From Chloroflexota bacterium (GTDB lineage: Bacteria; Chloroflexota; Limnocylindria; Limnocylindrales; CSP1-4): DNA of 58,839 nucleotides. The position numbers were made by a program, and so were the translations under genes. The stretch lies in contig DAOTYQ010000086.1 in assembly GCA_034434735.1 (NCBI GenBank), positions 1 through 58,839 of the forward strand, given 5' to 3'. Positions 17,159-26,854 of the stretch are shown one piece after another. The notes under the pieces are model-generated. The model saw nothing but the letters and a program-made list of their open reading frames with translations, ran no database searches and was not told the DNA's origin. How positions within the stretch are numbered: the stretch's first letter is position 1; each line of letters starts with the position of its first letter.

Positions 17159-19234
17159 ATGGCGAAGAGCGTTGACATCCCCCACCTTCGGAGCGTCGTC
17201 CTGGCCGGACACGCCGGAGCCGGCAAGACGACGCTGGCCGAGCAGCTCCTCTACGTCGGTGGTGCGATCGGCCGCCTCGGCCGGGTCGACGACGGCACGG
17301 CGAGCCTCGACTTCGAGCCCGAAGAGCAGAAGCGCCACGAGTCGCTCAGCCTGGCCGTCGCGAGCCTCGACCACGCCGAGCACCGGATCACCATCGTCGA
17401 CACCCCCGGCTACGCCGACTTCTTCGCCGAGGTCGTCGAAGGCATGGCCGCGGCCGATGCGGCGATCCTCGTCATGGATGCGTCCGGCGGGATCGAGGCG
17501 GGCCTCGAGGCGGCCGTCCGGCTCGCCCGGGCCAGTGACCTGCCCGCCCTCTTCGTCGTCAACAAGGCCGATCGCGAGAACGCCGACCCGCTGCGTGCCC
17601 TCGACGCCCTCCGGGGCGCCTTCGGCCCGAAGCTCGCCCCGCTCCAGATCCCCATCGGCGCAGCCGAGACCTTCGCCGGCTACGTCGATCTCGTCCATCG
17701 CCGGGCCTATCGCCTCGATGGCGGACGCGAAGCGGAAGTCCCTCTGCCAAGCGAGCTGGCGGAGGAGGTCGCCCGGCGTCGGGATCAGCTCCTCGAGGCC
17801 GCCGCGGAGGCCGATGACGACGTCCTGGCCAAATACCTCGAGGGCGAGGAGATCGGCGGCGAGGAGCTGGACGCCTGCCTCCACCGGGGCGTCCGCGACC
17901 GGGTCCTCGCTCCTGTTTTGGTGACGAGCGCGGGGAAAGGGATCGGGATTCGCGGTCTCCTCGACGCCATCGTCCGGTACCTGCCGGCCCCGTCCGAGCT
18001 CCCGCTCGTGGCGGCCGTCGACGCCCGATCGGGCGAGACGGTCCGCCTCGAGCGCGACCCGGCCGGCCCGCTCGTCGTCCGCGCCTTCAAGACGAGCGCC
18101 GACCCCTTTGTCGGCCGCCTGACCTACCTGCGCGTCCTCTCAGGGACCCTCCGCGCCCAGACGACCGTCTACAACGCCGACCGTGGTGAGGACGAGCGGG
18201 TCGGCGCGCTCCTCGTCCTCCACGGCAAGGATCAGGAGCCGGTCGGTGAGCTCCGAGCCGGCGAGATCGGCGCCGTCGCCAAGCTCACCGTCACCCAGGT
18301 CGGGGATGCCCTCTCGACCCGGGAGCGCCCGTTCCGCCTCCCGCCCCTCGACTTCCCCGCCCCGACCCTCCGGGTCGCCATCGAGCCGCAGACGAAGGCC
18401 GACCTCGACAAGATGAGCTCGGCCATCGCCCGGATGCTCGAGGAGGAGCCGGCGGCTCGGGTCGAGCGGAGCGAGGCCGGCGAACAAGTCCTCCTCGCCA
18501 TGGGCGAGGCCCACGTCGCCGTCATCGCCGAGCGCCTGAAGCGGAAGTTCGGGGTCTCTATCGTCACCAAGCCCCCCAAGGTCGCCTACCGGGAGACGAT
18601 CCGCGGCCGGACCCAGGTCCACGGCCGCTACAAGAAGCAGACCGGCGGGCACGGCATGTTCGCCGACGTCTGGCTCGAGCTCGAGCCGAACCCCGGCGGC
18701 GGGGTCGAGTTCGCCGAGCGGATCGTCGGTGGGGTCGTCCCCAAGCAGTTCTTCCCGGGCGTCGAGAAGGGAATCCGCGAGGCGGCCGCCGAGGGCGTCC
18801 TCGCCGGCTACCCCCTCGTCGACTTCAAGGCGACCCTCTACGACGGGCAGTACCACACCGTCGACTCGAACGAGCTCAGCTTCAAGATCGCCGCCTCCAT
18901 GGCCCTCAAGCAGGGCGTCATGCAGTGCAACCCGGTCCTCATGGAGCCGATCATGCTCGTCGAGGTTCGGGTCCCCGAGGCGGCCATGGGCGACGTGAGC
19001 CGGGATTTGAGCGGCCGCCGAGGCCGGGTCCTCGGCATGGAGCCGGCCGGCGACGGGATGCAGGTCATCACCGCCCACGTCCCGGAGGCCGAGCTCTACA
19101 ACTACGCCACCGAGCTCCGCTCGCTCACCGGCGGCCGGGGCACCTTCACCGCCCGCTTCGACCACTACGAGGACGTGCCGCCCCACATCGCCCAGAAGAT
19201 CATCGAGGCCCACAAGAAGGAGCAGGCCGGCTAG
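17159..19234 (+). CDS. Elongation factor G paralogue (EF-G2-like GTPase)
   Basis: Five-domain EF-G architecture. G1 is AGHAGAGKTT, G3 is DTPGYADF (Tyr where canonical factors have the catalytic His), and G4 is NKAD. Confidence 0.9.
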   Translation: MAKSVDIPHLRSVVLAGHAGAGKTTLAEQLLYVGGAIGRLGRVDDGTASLDFEPEEQKRHESLSLAVASLDHAEHRITIVDTPGYADFFAEVVEGMAAADAAILVMDASGGIEAGLEAAVRLARASDLPALFVVNKADRENADPLRALDALRGAFGPKLAPLQIPIGAAETFAGYVDLVHRRAYRLDGGREAEVPLPSELAEEVARRRDQLLEAAAEADDDVLAKYLEGEEIGGEELDACLHRGVRDRVLAPVLVTSAGKGIGIRGLLDAIVRYLPAPSELPLVAAVDARSGETVRLERDPAGPLVVRAFKTSADPFVGRLTYLRVLSGTLRAQTTVYNADRGEDERVGALLVLHGKDQEPVGELRAGEIGAVAKLTVTQVGDALSTRERPFRLPPLDFPAPTLRVAIEPQTKADLDKMSSAIARMLEEEPAARVERSEAGEQVLLAMGEAHVAVIAERLKRKFGVSIVTKPPKVAYRETIRGRTQVHGRYKKQTGGHGMFADVWLELEPNPGGGVEFAERIVGGVVPKQFFPGVEKGIREAAAEGVLAGYPLVDFKATLYDGQYHTVDSNELSFKIAASMALKQGVMQCNPVLMEPIMLVEVRVPEAAMGDVSRDLSGRRGRVLGMEPAGDGMQVITAHVPEAELYNYATELRSLTGGRGTFTARFDHYEDVPPHIAQKIIEAHKKEQAG

Positions 19235-20070
19235 ACGGCACCCGCGGGAGGAGTGGCGGTACCGGCGCCGTCGAGCGAGGCGGCGAGCCGGAGGGCGGCC
19301 GCCAGGTCGAGGCGTCCCTCGTAGATGGCCCGCCCGACGATGGCCCCGGCGCAGCCGAGGGCGGCCACGGCGGCCAGGTCGTCGAGGGAACGGATGCCGC
19401 CCGAAGCGAGGATCGTCCCGCGGCCACGTCGCACGAGCCGGCCGAGGAGATCGAGGTCCGGCCCGGCGAGGCGACCGTCGCGGTCGATGGCGGTGACGAC
19501 GAAGGTGGCCATGCCCGCGGCGGCGAGCTGCTCGAGGGCCGCTTCCACCGCGACCCCGCTCGCATCGGGTCGCCACCCCTCGCCGACGGCGCGACCGCCC
19601 CGGACGTCGAGGGCGGCGGCGACCCGATCGGCGCCGACGGCGGCCACGAGCTCGGCTCCGAGCTCGGGCGTGCGGAGGAGGGCGGTGCCGAGGACGACCC
19701 GGCGGACACCGGCCTCCAGCCAGGCCTCGGCCGCCGGCCGCGACCGGATCCCCCCGCCGAGCTGGCAGGCGAGCTGCCCACCGAGACCCGCCAGGATCGC
19801 CCGGACGGCGGCCCGATTGGCAGCGCTGCCCCGGCCATCGCGGGCTGCATCGAGGTCGACGACGTGGAGCCAGCGGGCGCCGGCGGCGGCAAAGTCCTCG
19901 GCGACGGCGAGCGGGTCGGTCGCGTAGCGGGTCTCCCGGTCGAAGTCGCCGCCGACGAGCCGAACGACGCGGCCCGCCCGGAGGTCGATGGCCGGAAGGA
20001 GGACGAAGGGCTGGCTGCGGCCGGATCCGGCGACCTCGGTCGGGTGGGGTTGGCTTGACGACTCGCGCAT
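19231..20070 (-). CDS. hisA: ProFAR isomerase HisA (HisA/PriA type)
   Basis: Motifs LLPAIDLRAGRVVRL, LHVVDLDAA, QLGGGIRS and ASGGIRSLDDL. Confidence 0.92.
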   Translation of the reverse strand: MRESSSQPHPTEVAGSGRSQPFVLLPAIDLRAGRVVRLVGGDFDRETRYATDPLAVAEDFAAAGARWLHVVDLDAARDGRGSAANRAAVRAILAGLGGQLACQLGGGIRSRPAAEAWLEAGVRRVVLGTALLRTPELGAELVAAVGADRVAAALDVRGGRAVGEGWRPDASGVAVEAALEQLAAAGMATFVVTAIDRDGRLAGPDLDLLGRLVRRGRGTILASGGIRSLDDLAAVAALGCAGAIVGRAIYEGRLDLAAALRLAASLDGAGTATPPAGAV

Positions 20071-20106
20071 CGGCTTGCTACGATCCTCTCGCTATCTTTG
20101 TAGCAC

Positions 20107-20120
20107 GCTAGCATGCTAGC
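20107..20120. promoter_or_regulatory. Perfect 14-bp palindrome GCTAGCATGCTAGC, candidate operator
   Basis: Self-complementary over all 14 positions. Two CTAG motifs are 8 bp apart. Lies within a TAGCA x3 run of 8-bp period (20101, 20109, 20117). Overlaps TAGCAT hexamers that fit a -10 pattern on both strands. Sits in a local AT-richer patch of the hisA/yerC divergent spacer. Confidence 0.5.
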
Positions 20121-20167
20121 ATAGTCTGGCCGTCGATTCCGACGGCCCCAAGGAGACGACGCGACCC

Positions 20168-20548
20168 ATGCTCCCCCGGGACGACTCCTGGCGGACGCCG
20201 GAGACGACCGCCCTCTTCGAAGCGATCCTTCGCCTGCGGACCGTCGACGAGGCCGAGCGCTTCTTCCGCGATCTCTGCACGCTCGGCGAGCTCCACGACA
20301 TGGCCCAGCGGTGGGCCGTCGTCCGACTCCTCGACCAAGGGCTCCACTACGCCGAGATCTCCCGGCGCACCGGCGCCAGCACCGCGACGATCACCCGGAT
20401 CGCCGCCTGGCTCCACCACGGCGAGGGCGGTTACCGCCTCATCCTCGACCGGATGGCCGGGCGCGAGGGCGCCGAACCCGGCCCACAACCGGGCGCCGCC
20501 GGATCGCGGGAGGCGGCCGACCGGGCCGCCTCGGCGCCGGGTCGATGA
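20168..20548 (+). CDS. TrpR-related YerC/YecD-family DNA-binding protein
   Basis: Motifs FFRDLCTLGELHDMAQRWAVVRLL and ISRRTGASTATITRI match the YerC/YecD signature (FF.D.CT...QR, GASTATI.R). Its stop overlaps the hisG ATG. Confidence 0.85.
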   Translation: MLPRDDSWRTPETTALFEAILRLRTVDEAERFFRDLCTLGELHDMAQRWAVVRLLDQGLHYAEISRRTGASTATITRIAAWLHHGEGGYRLILDRMAGREGAEPGPQPGAAGSREAADRAASAPGR

Positions 20549-21405
20549 GCCGCCGCCTCCGGCTCGCGGTCCCGAACAAGGGGCGCCTCGTCGAGCCGAG
20601 CCTCGCCCTCCTCCACGACGCCGGCCTCGTCTTCGAGGAGCACGACCGCAGCCTGGTCGCCCGGGTCCAGAACTTCGATCTCGACATCCTCTTCGTCCGG
20701 ACGAACGACGTCATCGAGTTCGTCGGGGACGGCGTCGCCGACCTCGGGATCACCGGCGTCGACCTCCTCGCCGAGGCAAACGCCGAGTTACCGCGGATCC
20801 GCGGCCTCGGCTTCGGCCGTTGCCGGTTGGCGGCCGCCGTCCCGAACGACACCCCGTACCAGGTCGTCGAGGACCTGGCCGGCCTGCGGGTCGCGACGGC
20901 CCATCCGAACACGGCCCGCCGCTTCTTTGCCGAACGGCGGATCCCGGTCGACGTCATCCCGATCTCGGGGGCCGTCGAGGTCGCTCCCCGCCTCGGTCTC
21001 GCCGAGGCGATCGTCGACCTCGTCTCCACCGGCTCGACCCTGGCCATGAACGGCCTCCGTCCCATCGGCGACATCCTCGACTCGGAGGCCGTCCTCGTCG
21101 CCAATCCGGTCGCCCACCGCGAGCGGGCGAGGGACCTGGCGGCCATCGACACGATGCTCGGGGCGGTCATCGCCGCCCGCGACAAGAAGTACGTCATGAT
21201 GAACGCCCCGGCGGCCAAGCTGCCCGAGCTCGAGGCCCTCCTGCCGGGGCTCGAGTCGCCGTCGGTCATCCCCCTCGCCCACGAGGGGATGATCGCCATC
21301 CACTCCGTCGTCGGCGCCGACGAAGTCTGGGGGCTCCTGCCGCGCCTCAAGGCGGCCGGGGCCTCGGGGATCCTCGTCCTGCCCATCGAGAAGATCGTCC
21401 CGTGA
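20545..21405 (+). CDS. hisG: ATP phosphoribosyltransferase, long form
   Basis: Motifs LRLAVPNKGRL and DLVSTGSTL, with a C-terminal regulatory domain. 286 aa. Internal ATG of track ORF 20311..21405. Confidence 0.93.
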   Translation: MSRRLRLAVPNKGRLVEPSLALLHDAGLVFEEHDRSLVARVQNFDLDILFVRTNDVIEFVGDGVADLGITGVDLLAEANAELPRIRGLGFGRCRLAAAVPNDTPYQVVEDLAGLRVATAHPNTARRFFAERRIPVDVIPISGAVEVAPRLGLAEAIVDLVSTGSTLAMNGLRPIGDILDSEAVLVANPVAHRERARDLAAIDTMLGAVIAARDKKYVMMNAPAAKLPELEALLPGLESPSVIPLAHEGMIAIHSVVGADEVWGLLPRLKAAGASGILVLPIEKIVP

Positions 21406-22757
21406 CCGCCTCCTCCGTCGCCCTTCGGCTCCGTCGGCTCGACCTCGCCGCCACCGACCCAGCCGCCGTCGCCGAGCGGACGGCTCTCGTCCGCCGGGGG
21501 GCCGTGCCAGACCCGGCCGCCCGTGACGCGGCCCGGCGGATCGTCGAGGCCGTCGAGCGCGAGGGCGCCGCCGCGGTGCGCGAGGCGAACCGGCGCTTCG
21601 GGGGCGGCCTCGCCGACGGCCGGCTCTTCCTCGAGGCCCGCGACCTGACCGCCGCTCGAGACCGACTCGGCCCGCAGGTCCGCGCCGCCCTCGAGGCGGC
21701 CGTCGCCGCCGTCCGTCGCTTCGCCGAGGCCCAGCGTCCGCCGTCGATCCGCGTCGTCACCGTCGAGGGGGTCGAGATCGAGCGCCGCTGGGTCCCCCTC
21801 GCCCGGGTCGGCGCCTACGCACCGGGGGGCCGGGCCGCCTACCCGTCGTCCCTCGTCATGGGCGTCGTTCCCGGCCAGGTCGCCGGGGTCGAGGAGATCG
21901 TCGGCGCCGCCCCAGCCGGGCCGGACGGAGAGCTCCATCCCGTCCTCGCCGGGGCCGCTGGGCTCCTCGGGCTCGAGCGGGTCCTCGTCGCCGGCGGCGC
22001 CCAGGCCGTGGCCGCCCTCGCCCTCGGTCTCGCCGACGAGGGCTTCGCCCCCGTCGACCGGATCGTCGGCCCGGGGAACGCCTACGTCACGGCCGCCAAG
22101 CTCGAGCTCGCCGGCCGGACCGGCATCGACCTCCCGGCCGGCCCGTCGGAGGGGATGGTCCTCGCCGACGGAACGGCGGATCCGGAGATCGCCGCCGCCG
22201 ATCTCCTGACCCAGGCCGAGCACGGGCCGGACTCGCCGGCGATCCTCGTCACCACCGACCCGGCCGTCGCCGACGCCGTCGAGGCTGCCCTCCTCCGCCA
22301 GCTCGCCGTCGCCCCCCGGCGGGAGATCCTCGAGGCCGCTCTCGCCACCCACGGGCGGATCGTCCTCGCTCCGGATCTCGAGGCGGCCGTCGGCTTCGTC
22401 AACGCCTACGCCCCCGAGCACCTCTCCATCGAGGTCGCCGACCCCGAGGCCGTCGCCACCCGGATCCGGAGTGCGGGCTCCGTCTTCGTCGGGCGATGGG
22501 CGCCCGAGTCGGCCGGCGACTACGCGACCGGCGCGAACCACGTTCTCCCGACCGGCGGCCTGGCCCGGGCCTGCGGCGCCCTTGCCGTCGAGCAGTACGG
22601 ACGCTACCTCCAGATCCAGCGCCTCTCCGAGGCGGGGCTCGCCGCCCTCCGCTCGACCATCGGCGAGCTCGCCGCGGCCGAGGGTCTCCCCGCCCACCGG
22701 GCCGCCGTCGAGATCCGCTTCGCCCGCCGCGGGGCCGAAGGGGAGACCGGACGATGA
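21402..22757 (+). CDS. hisD: Histidinol dehydrogenase
   Basis: Motifs GPGNAYVTAAK, QAEHGPDS and YAPEHL. GTG start overlaps the hisG stop (GTGA). Confidence 0.93.
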   Translation: MTASSVALRLRRLDLAATDPAAVAERTALVRRGAVPDPAARDAARRIVEAVEREGAAAVREANRRFGGGLADGRLFLEARDLTAARDRLGPQVRAALEAAVAAVRRFAEAQRPPSIRVVTVEGVEIERRWVPLARVGAYAPGGRAAYPSSLVMGVVPGQVAGVEEIVGAAPAGPDGELHPVLAGAAGLLGLERVLVAGGAQAVAALALGLADEGFAPVDRIVGPGNAYVTAAKLELAGRTGIDLPAGPSEGMVLADGTADPEIAAADLLTQAEHGPDSPAILVTTDPAVADAVEAALLRQLAVAPRREILEAALATHGRIVLAPDLEAAVGFVNAYAPEHLSIEVADPEAVATRIRSAGSVFVGRWAPESAGDYATGANHVLPTGGLARACGALAVEQYGRYLQIQRLSEAGLAALRSTIGELAAAEGLPAHRAAVEIRFARRGAEGETGR

Positions 22758-23932
22758 GCCCGACCCCGGTCACCTTCGCGTCGCCGGTCGCGCCCGCGGG
22801 CTACGCCTGGGAGGCGACGACCGAGCAGGTCGCCGTCCGCTACGGCCTCGCCCCGGAGGCGATCGTCCGCTTCGACCTCAACACCGCCCCGGCCCCCCCG
22901 GCCATCGCCGCCCGGGTCCTCGCCGAAGGTCGCTTCGACGTCCCGATCAGCGAGTACCCCCCGAGCGACTATCGGCGCCTCGTCGAGGCCGCGGCGACCC
23001 GCTACGGTGTGGCGCCCGACGAGATCCTCGTCGGGGCGGGCGCCGACGAGGTCCTCGACCTCTGCGCCAAGGCCTTCCTCCCTCCGGGTGGAGTCGCCGT
23101 CGTCCCGATCCCGACCTACGCCATGTACCGGGTCCTGACGGAGCAGCGCCCAGCGACGGTCGTCGGCGTCCGGCGTCGACCGGCCGACGAGGGCTGGCGG
23201 CTCGACGGCGAGGCGGTCCGGGCGGCGGCGGGTGGGGCCGACCTGGTCTGGCTCTGTGATCCGAACAACCCGACGGGTGGCGGCGAGCCCGCCGGGGCGA
23301 TCGACGCCCTCCTCGACGGCCTCGTCGTCGACGCCGAGGCTGCGGGCCGGCCGACGCCGATCGTCGTCCTCGACGAGGCGTACGCCGAGTTCGTCGGCCG
23401 CGACCGGGTCGAGTGGCATCGGCGCTGGCCGAACGTCGTCACCGTCCGAACGCTCTCGAAGGCGTACGCCGTCGCCGGTGCCCGGGTCGGTTTCGCCGTC
23501 GCCGCCCGCCCCCTCATCGCCCGCCTGGAGCCGTACCGTCCGCCCGGCTCGGTGAGCGTCCCCTCCGTCGCCATCGGCACCGCCGTCCTCTCCGACCCGG
23601 CAGCCCGCACCGAAAACCTGGCCCGGGTCGCGACCGAGCGGCCCCGCCTGGCAGCGGCCCTGACGGCCGTCGGCTGGCGCGTGGAGCCATCGGTGACGAA
23701 CTTCCTCCTCGTCGACTTTGGCCGACCCGAGCGCGCGGCGGCCGTCGCCGAGGCGCTCCTGCGGCGCGGTCTCGTCCCGCGCACCTTCGGGGCCGGCCAC
23801 GTCCTCGCCGGCCACCTCCGCTTCACGGTCCGGGCGCCGGCCGAGAACGACCGGCTCATCGCGGCGGCCCGGGAGATCGAGTTCGATCCCGCGCCCGCTG
23901 CGGCGCCCAACGAGGAAGGGACGGCCCGATGA
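22754..23932 (+). CDS. hisC: Histidinol-phosphate aminotransferase
   Basis: Motifs CDPNNPTG, VLDEAYAEF and PLP-Lys motif TLSKAYAVAGARVG. ATGA overlap with hisD. Confidence 0.92.
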   Translation: MSPTPVTFASPVAPAGYAWEATTEQVAVRYGLAPEAIVRFDLNTAPAPPAIAARVLAEGRFDVPISEYPPSDYRRLVEAAATRYGVAPDEILVGAGADEVLDLCAKAFLPPGGVAVVPIPTYAMYRVLTEQRPATVVGVRRRPADEGWRLDGEAVRAAAGGADLVWLCDPNNPTGGGEPAGAIDALLDGLVVDAEAAGRPTPIVVLDEAYAEFVGRDRVEWHRRWPNVVTVRTLSKAYAVAGARVGFAVAARPLIARLEPYRPPGSVSVPSVAIGTAVLSDPAARTENLARVATERPRLAAALTAVGWRVEPSVTNFLLVDFGRPERAAAVAEALLRRGLVPRTFGAGHVLAGHLRFTVRAPAENDRLIAAAREIEFDPAPAAAPNEEGTAR

Positions 23933-24558
23933 GCGACGAACCGACGCGGTCCACGGCCGCCGACTCCGCCGCGTCGCGGCGGGCAGCCGTCGCGCGCGAG
24001 ACCCGGGAGACGACGGTCCGGGTCGAACTCGACCTCGACGGGACGGGCGAGACGACCGTCGCCACCGGGATCGGCTTCTACGATCACCTCCTGGCGAGCC
24101 TCGCCCACCACGCCTGCTTCGATCTGCGCATCGAGGCCCGCGGCGACCTCGACGTCGACGAGCACCACACCGTCGAGGACGTCGCCCTCTGCCTCGGAAG
24201 CGCCCTCGGCGCCGCGCTCGGCGAGCGGGCCCGGATCCGCCGCTTCGGGGATGCCGCCGTGCCGATGGACGAAGCGCTGGCGGAGGCCGTCGTCGACGTC
24301 GGTGGGCGGCCCTACACCGTCGTCGACCTCGCCTTTCGGGGCGAACGGGTCGGTGGCCTGCCCCTCCAGCTCGTCGAGCACGCCATCGAGGCCTTTGCTC
24401 GGAGCGCCGGCGCGACGGTCCACCTCCGCGGGCGGGGCCGGAACGACCATCACCTCGCCGAAGCGGCCTTCAAGGCCCTCGGGCGGGCCCTCCGCGTCGC
24501 CTGCGAGCTCGATCCGCGGCGGGTCGGCGTCGCCTCGACGAAGGGGGTCCTCGGATGA
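23929..24558 (+). CDS. hisB: Imidazoleglycerol-phosphate dehydratase
   Basis: Motifs [33 protein letters not shown] and [18 protein letters not shown] overlap with hisC. Confidence 0.95.
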   Translation: MSDEPTRSTAADSAASRRAAVARETRETTVRVELDLDGTGETTVATGIGFYDHLLASLAHHACFDLRIEARGDLDVDEHHTVEDVALCLGSALGAALGERARIRRFGDAAVPMDEALAEAVVDVGGRPYTVVDLAFRGERVGGLPLQLVEHAIEAFARSAGATVHLRGRGRNDHHLAEAAFKALGRALRVACELDPRRVGVASTKGVLG

Positions 24559-25244
24559 CCACGGCGCTCGCGCCGAACGCGGCGGCCCGGCCACCGCTCC
24601 GGGTCGCCGTCGTCGACTACGGGGCCGGCAACCTCGTCAGCATCGAGCAGGCCCTCGTCGCCGTCGGCGGCCACCCTCGGCGCGCCCGGCGACCGGACGA
24701 GCTCGCGGGCGCCGACCTCCTCGTCGTCCCGGGGGTCGGGGCGGCCCGACCGGCCATGGCTCGCCTCGGGCGCCAGGGCCTCGTCGAGCCGATCCGGGAC
24801 TGGATCGCCGCCGACCGGCCGTTCCTGGGGATCTGCCTCGGCTTCCAGCTCCTCTTCGAGGGGAGCGACGAGGATGGCGCAGAGACCCTCGGCGTCCTGA
24901 CCGGGCGGACGGTCCGCCTCGTCGACGCGCCGACCCTCCCCCACATCGGCTGGAACCAGGTCGAGCGGACCCGACCGCACCCCGTCTTCGACGGGATCGC
25001 CGACGGGGCCGATTTCTACTTCGTCCACTCCTACGCCGGCGCGCCGACCGGGTCTTCGACCGGCGCGATCCTGGCCTGGACGACCCACGGCCGGCCCTTC
25101 GTCTCGGCCGTCGCCGTCGGCAACCTCATCGGGGTTCAGTTCCACCCCGAGCGCTCGGGTCGGGACGGCCTCCGGTTCCTGGCCAACGTCCTCGCCCTCG
25201 CGACGCCCCAGACCGGGGCGGCTCGCCTCGAGCGGACGGCCTGA
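24555..25244 (+). CDS. hisH: Imidazole glycerol phosphate synthase, glutaminase subunit
   Basis: Motifs VVDYGAGNL, catalytic GICLGFQLL, and [12 protein letters not shown] overlap with hisB. Confidence 0.95.
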   Translation: MTTALAPNAAARPPLRVAVVDYGAGNLVSIEQALVAVGGHPRRARRPDELAGADLLVVPGVGAARPAMARLGRQGLVEPIRDWIAADRPFLGICLGFQLLFEGSDEDGAETLGVLTGRTVRLVDAPTLPHIGWNQVERTRPHPVFDGIADGADFYFVHSYAGAPTGSSTGAILAWTTHGRPFVSAVAVGNLIGVQFHPERSGRDGLRFLANVLALATPQTGAARLERTA

Positions 25245-26026
25245 TGCTCCGCCGCCGCGTCATCCCGTGCCTCGACGTCGCCGGGGGCCGGGTCGTCAAG
25301 GGGACGCGTTTCGTCGACCTCGTCGACGAGGGCGACCCACCGACCCTCGCCGAGCGCTACGCGGCCGAGGGCGCCGACGAGCTCGTCTTCCTCGACATCA
25401 CTGCCGCCCCGGAGGGGCGCTCGACGCTCCTCGAGGTCGTCGAGCGGACCGCCCGCCGCGCCTTCATTCCGCTGACCGTCGGCGGCGGCGTCCGCTCCGT
25501 CGTCGACATGCGGGCCGTCCTCCGGGCGGGCGCCGACAAGGTCTCTCTCAACACGGCGGCCGTCGCCGACCCGAGCCTCATCCGGCGGTGTGCCCGACGC
25601 TTCGGCAGCCAGGCCGTCGTCGTCGCCATCGATGCGCGGCGTCGGCCGGCCGCCGAGGGGGCCGCTCCGAGCTGGGAGGTCGTCGTCGCCGGGGGACGGC
25701 GGCCGACGGGGCTCGACGCCGTCGCCTGGGCGGAGCGGGCGGTCGACCTCGGTGCCGGCGAGCTCCTCGTCACCTCCATCGATCGAGACGGGACGCGCTC
25801 GGGCTACGACACCGACCTGCTGCGGGCCGTCACCGCTCGGGTCGGGGTCCCGGTCATCGCCTCGGGCGGCGCCGCCGGCCCGGCCGACTTCGTCGCCGCC
25901 GTCCGCGACGGTGGCGCCGACGCGGTCCTGGCGGCCTCGATCTTCCACCGTCGGCTCGTCTCCATCGCGGCGGTCAAGGCGGCCATGGCGGCGGCCGGGA
26001 TCCCGGTCCGACCGGTCGAGGGTTAG
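25244..26026 (+). CDS. hisF: Imidazole glycerol phosphate synthase, cyclase subunit
   Basis: Motifs [30 protein letters not shown] and ASGGAG. Its ATG shares one base with the hisH stop (TGATG). Confidence 0.95.
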   Translation: MLRRRVIPCLDVAGGRVVKGTRFVDLVDEGDPPTLAERYAAEGADELVFLDITAAPEGRSTLLEVVERTARRAFIPLTVGGGVRSVVDMRAVLRAGADKVSLNTAAVADPSLIRRCARRFGSQAVVVAIDARRRPAAEGAAPSWEVVVAGGRRPTGLDAVAWAERAVDLGAGELLVTSIDRDGTRSGYDTDLLRAVTARVGVPVIASGGAAGPADFVAAVRDGGADAVLAASIFHRRLVSIAAVKAAMAAAGIPVRPVEG

Positions 26027-26027
26027 C

Positions 26028-26789
26028 GTGGGCGAGATCGGACCGCGCGACCCCGTACCGGCCCTCGACGCGGCGGCGCCCACCGGTGAGCTCCCCTCGG
26101 TCCGCTTCGGTGCCGACGGCCTCGCTCCGGCCGTGGTCGTCGATGCGGCGAGCGGCCGGGTCCTCATGCTCGCCTACATGGACGCCGAGGCCCTCGCGGC
26201 GACCGTCGCCAGCGGCGAGGTCCACTTCCACTCGCGCTCGCGGGGCCGTCTCTGGCGGAAGGGCGAGACGAGCGGCAACGTCCTCCGGCTCCGGAGCATC
26301 GCCCTCGACTGCGATGCCGACGCCCTCCTCGTCCGGGCGGAGCCCGCCGGTCCGACGTGCCATCGGGGGACGCTGAGCTGCTTCGATCCGGAACCGCCCG
26401 GGGCAGCGCCGACGGTCGCCCAGGCCGGGAGCGGCGGGGCCGCTCCCGCCCCGACCAGAACCAGCGAGGCGGGCTTCGGCTGGCTCGACGTCCTGGCGAC
26501 GACCATCGCCGAGCGGGCGGCGACGCGGCCGGCGGGGTCGTACACGGCTCGTCTCCTGGCCAGGGGCCCCGAGGCCGTCGGTCGGAAGGTCGTCGAGGAG
26601 GCCGTCGAGGTCCTCCTCGCCGCCAAGGACGATGCGGCTGCGGCGACCGGCGAGGCCCGGGCGGTGGCACAGGGAGCCCTCGCCACCGAGGCGGCCGACC
26701 TCCTCTACCACCTCCTCGTCCTCCTCGCCGAGCGCGATCTCCCGCCGGCGCGGGTCGTCGAGGTCTTGCGGCAGCGGCACCGGCCGTAG
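26028..26789 (+). CDS. hisI: Bifunctional phosphoribosyl-AMP cyclohydrolase / phosphoribosyl-ATP pyrophosphatase
   Basis: HisI part SRSRGRLWRKGETSGN...DCDADALL...GPTCH. HisE part SYTARLL...EEAVEVLLAAK...EAADLLYHLLVLL. GTG at 26028 lies 1 nt after the hisF stop. Confidence 0.9.
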   Translation: MGEIGPRDPVPALDAAAPTGELPSVRFGADGLAPAVVVDAASGRVLMLAYMDAEALAATVASGEVHFHSRSRGRLWRKGETSGNVLRLRSIALDCDADALLVRAEPAGPTCHRGTLSCFDPEPPGAAPTVAQAGSGGAAPAPTRTSEAGFGWLDVLATTIAERAATRPAGSYTARLLARGPEAVGRKVVEEAVEVLLAAKDDAAAATGEARAVAQGALATEAADLLYHLLVLLAERDLPPARVVEVLRQRHRP

Positions 26790-26854
26790 GAACGACTCGC
26801 CTCGGCGCCCGCGATCGCCGCCGCCGAGGAGCCGGCGGTGGACCGCCGGAGCGG

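Noticed and set aside
26832-26849. GC-rich hairpins in convergent gaps as terminators: CCGGCGG-TGGA-CCGCCGG between hisIE and tyrS, and similar ones at 43476-43575, 54945-54987 and 34980-35007.
   Set aside because: None is followed by a U-tract on either strand, and stems this short arise easily at this GC content. Not called as features.
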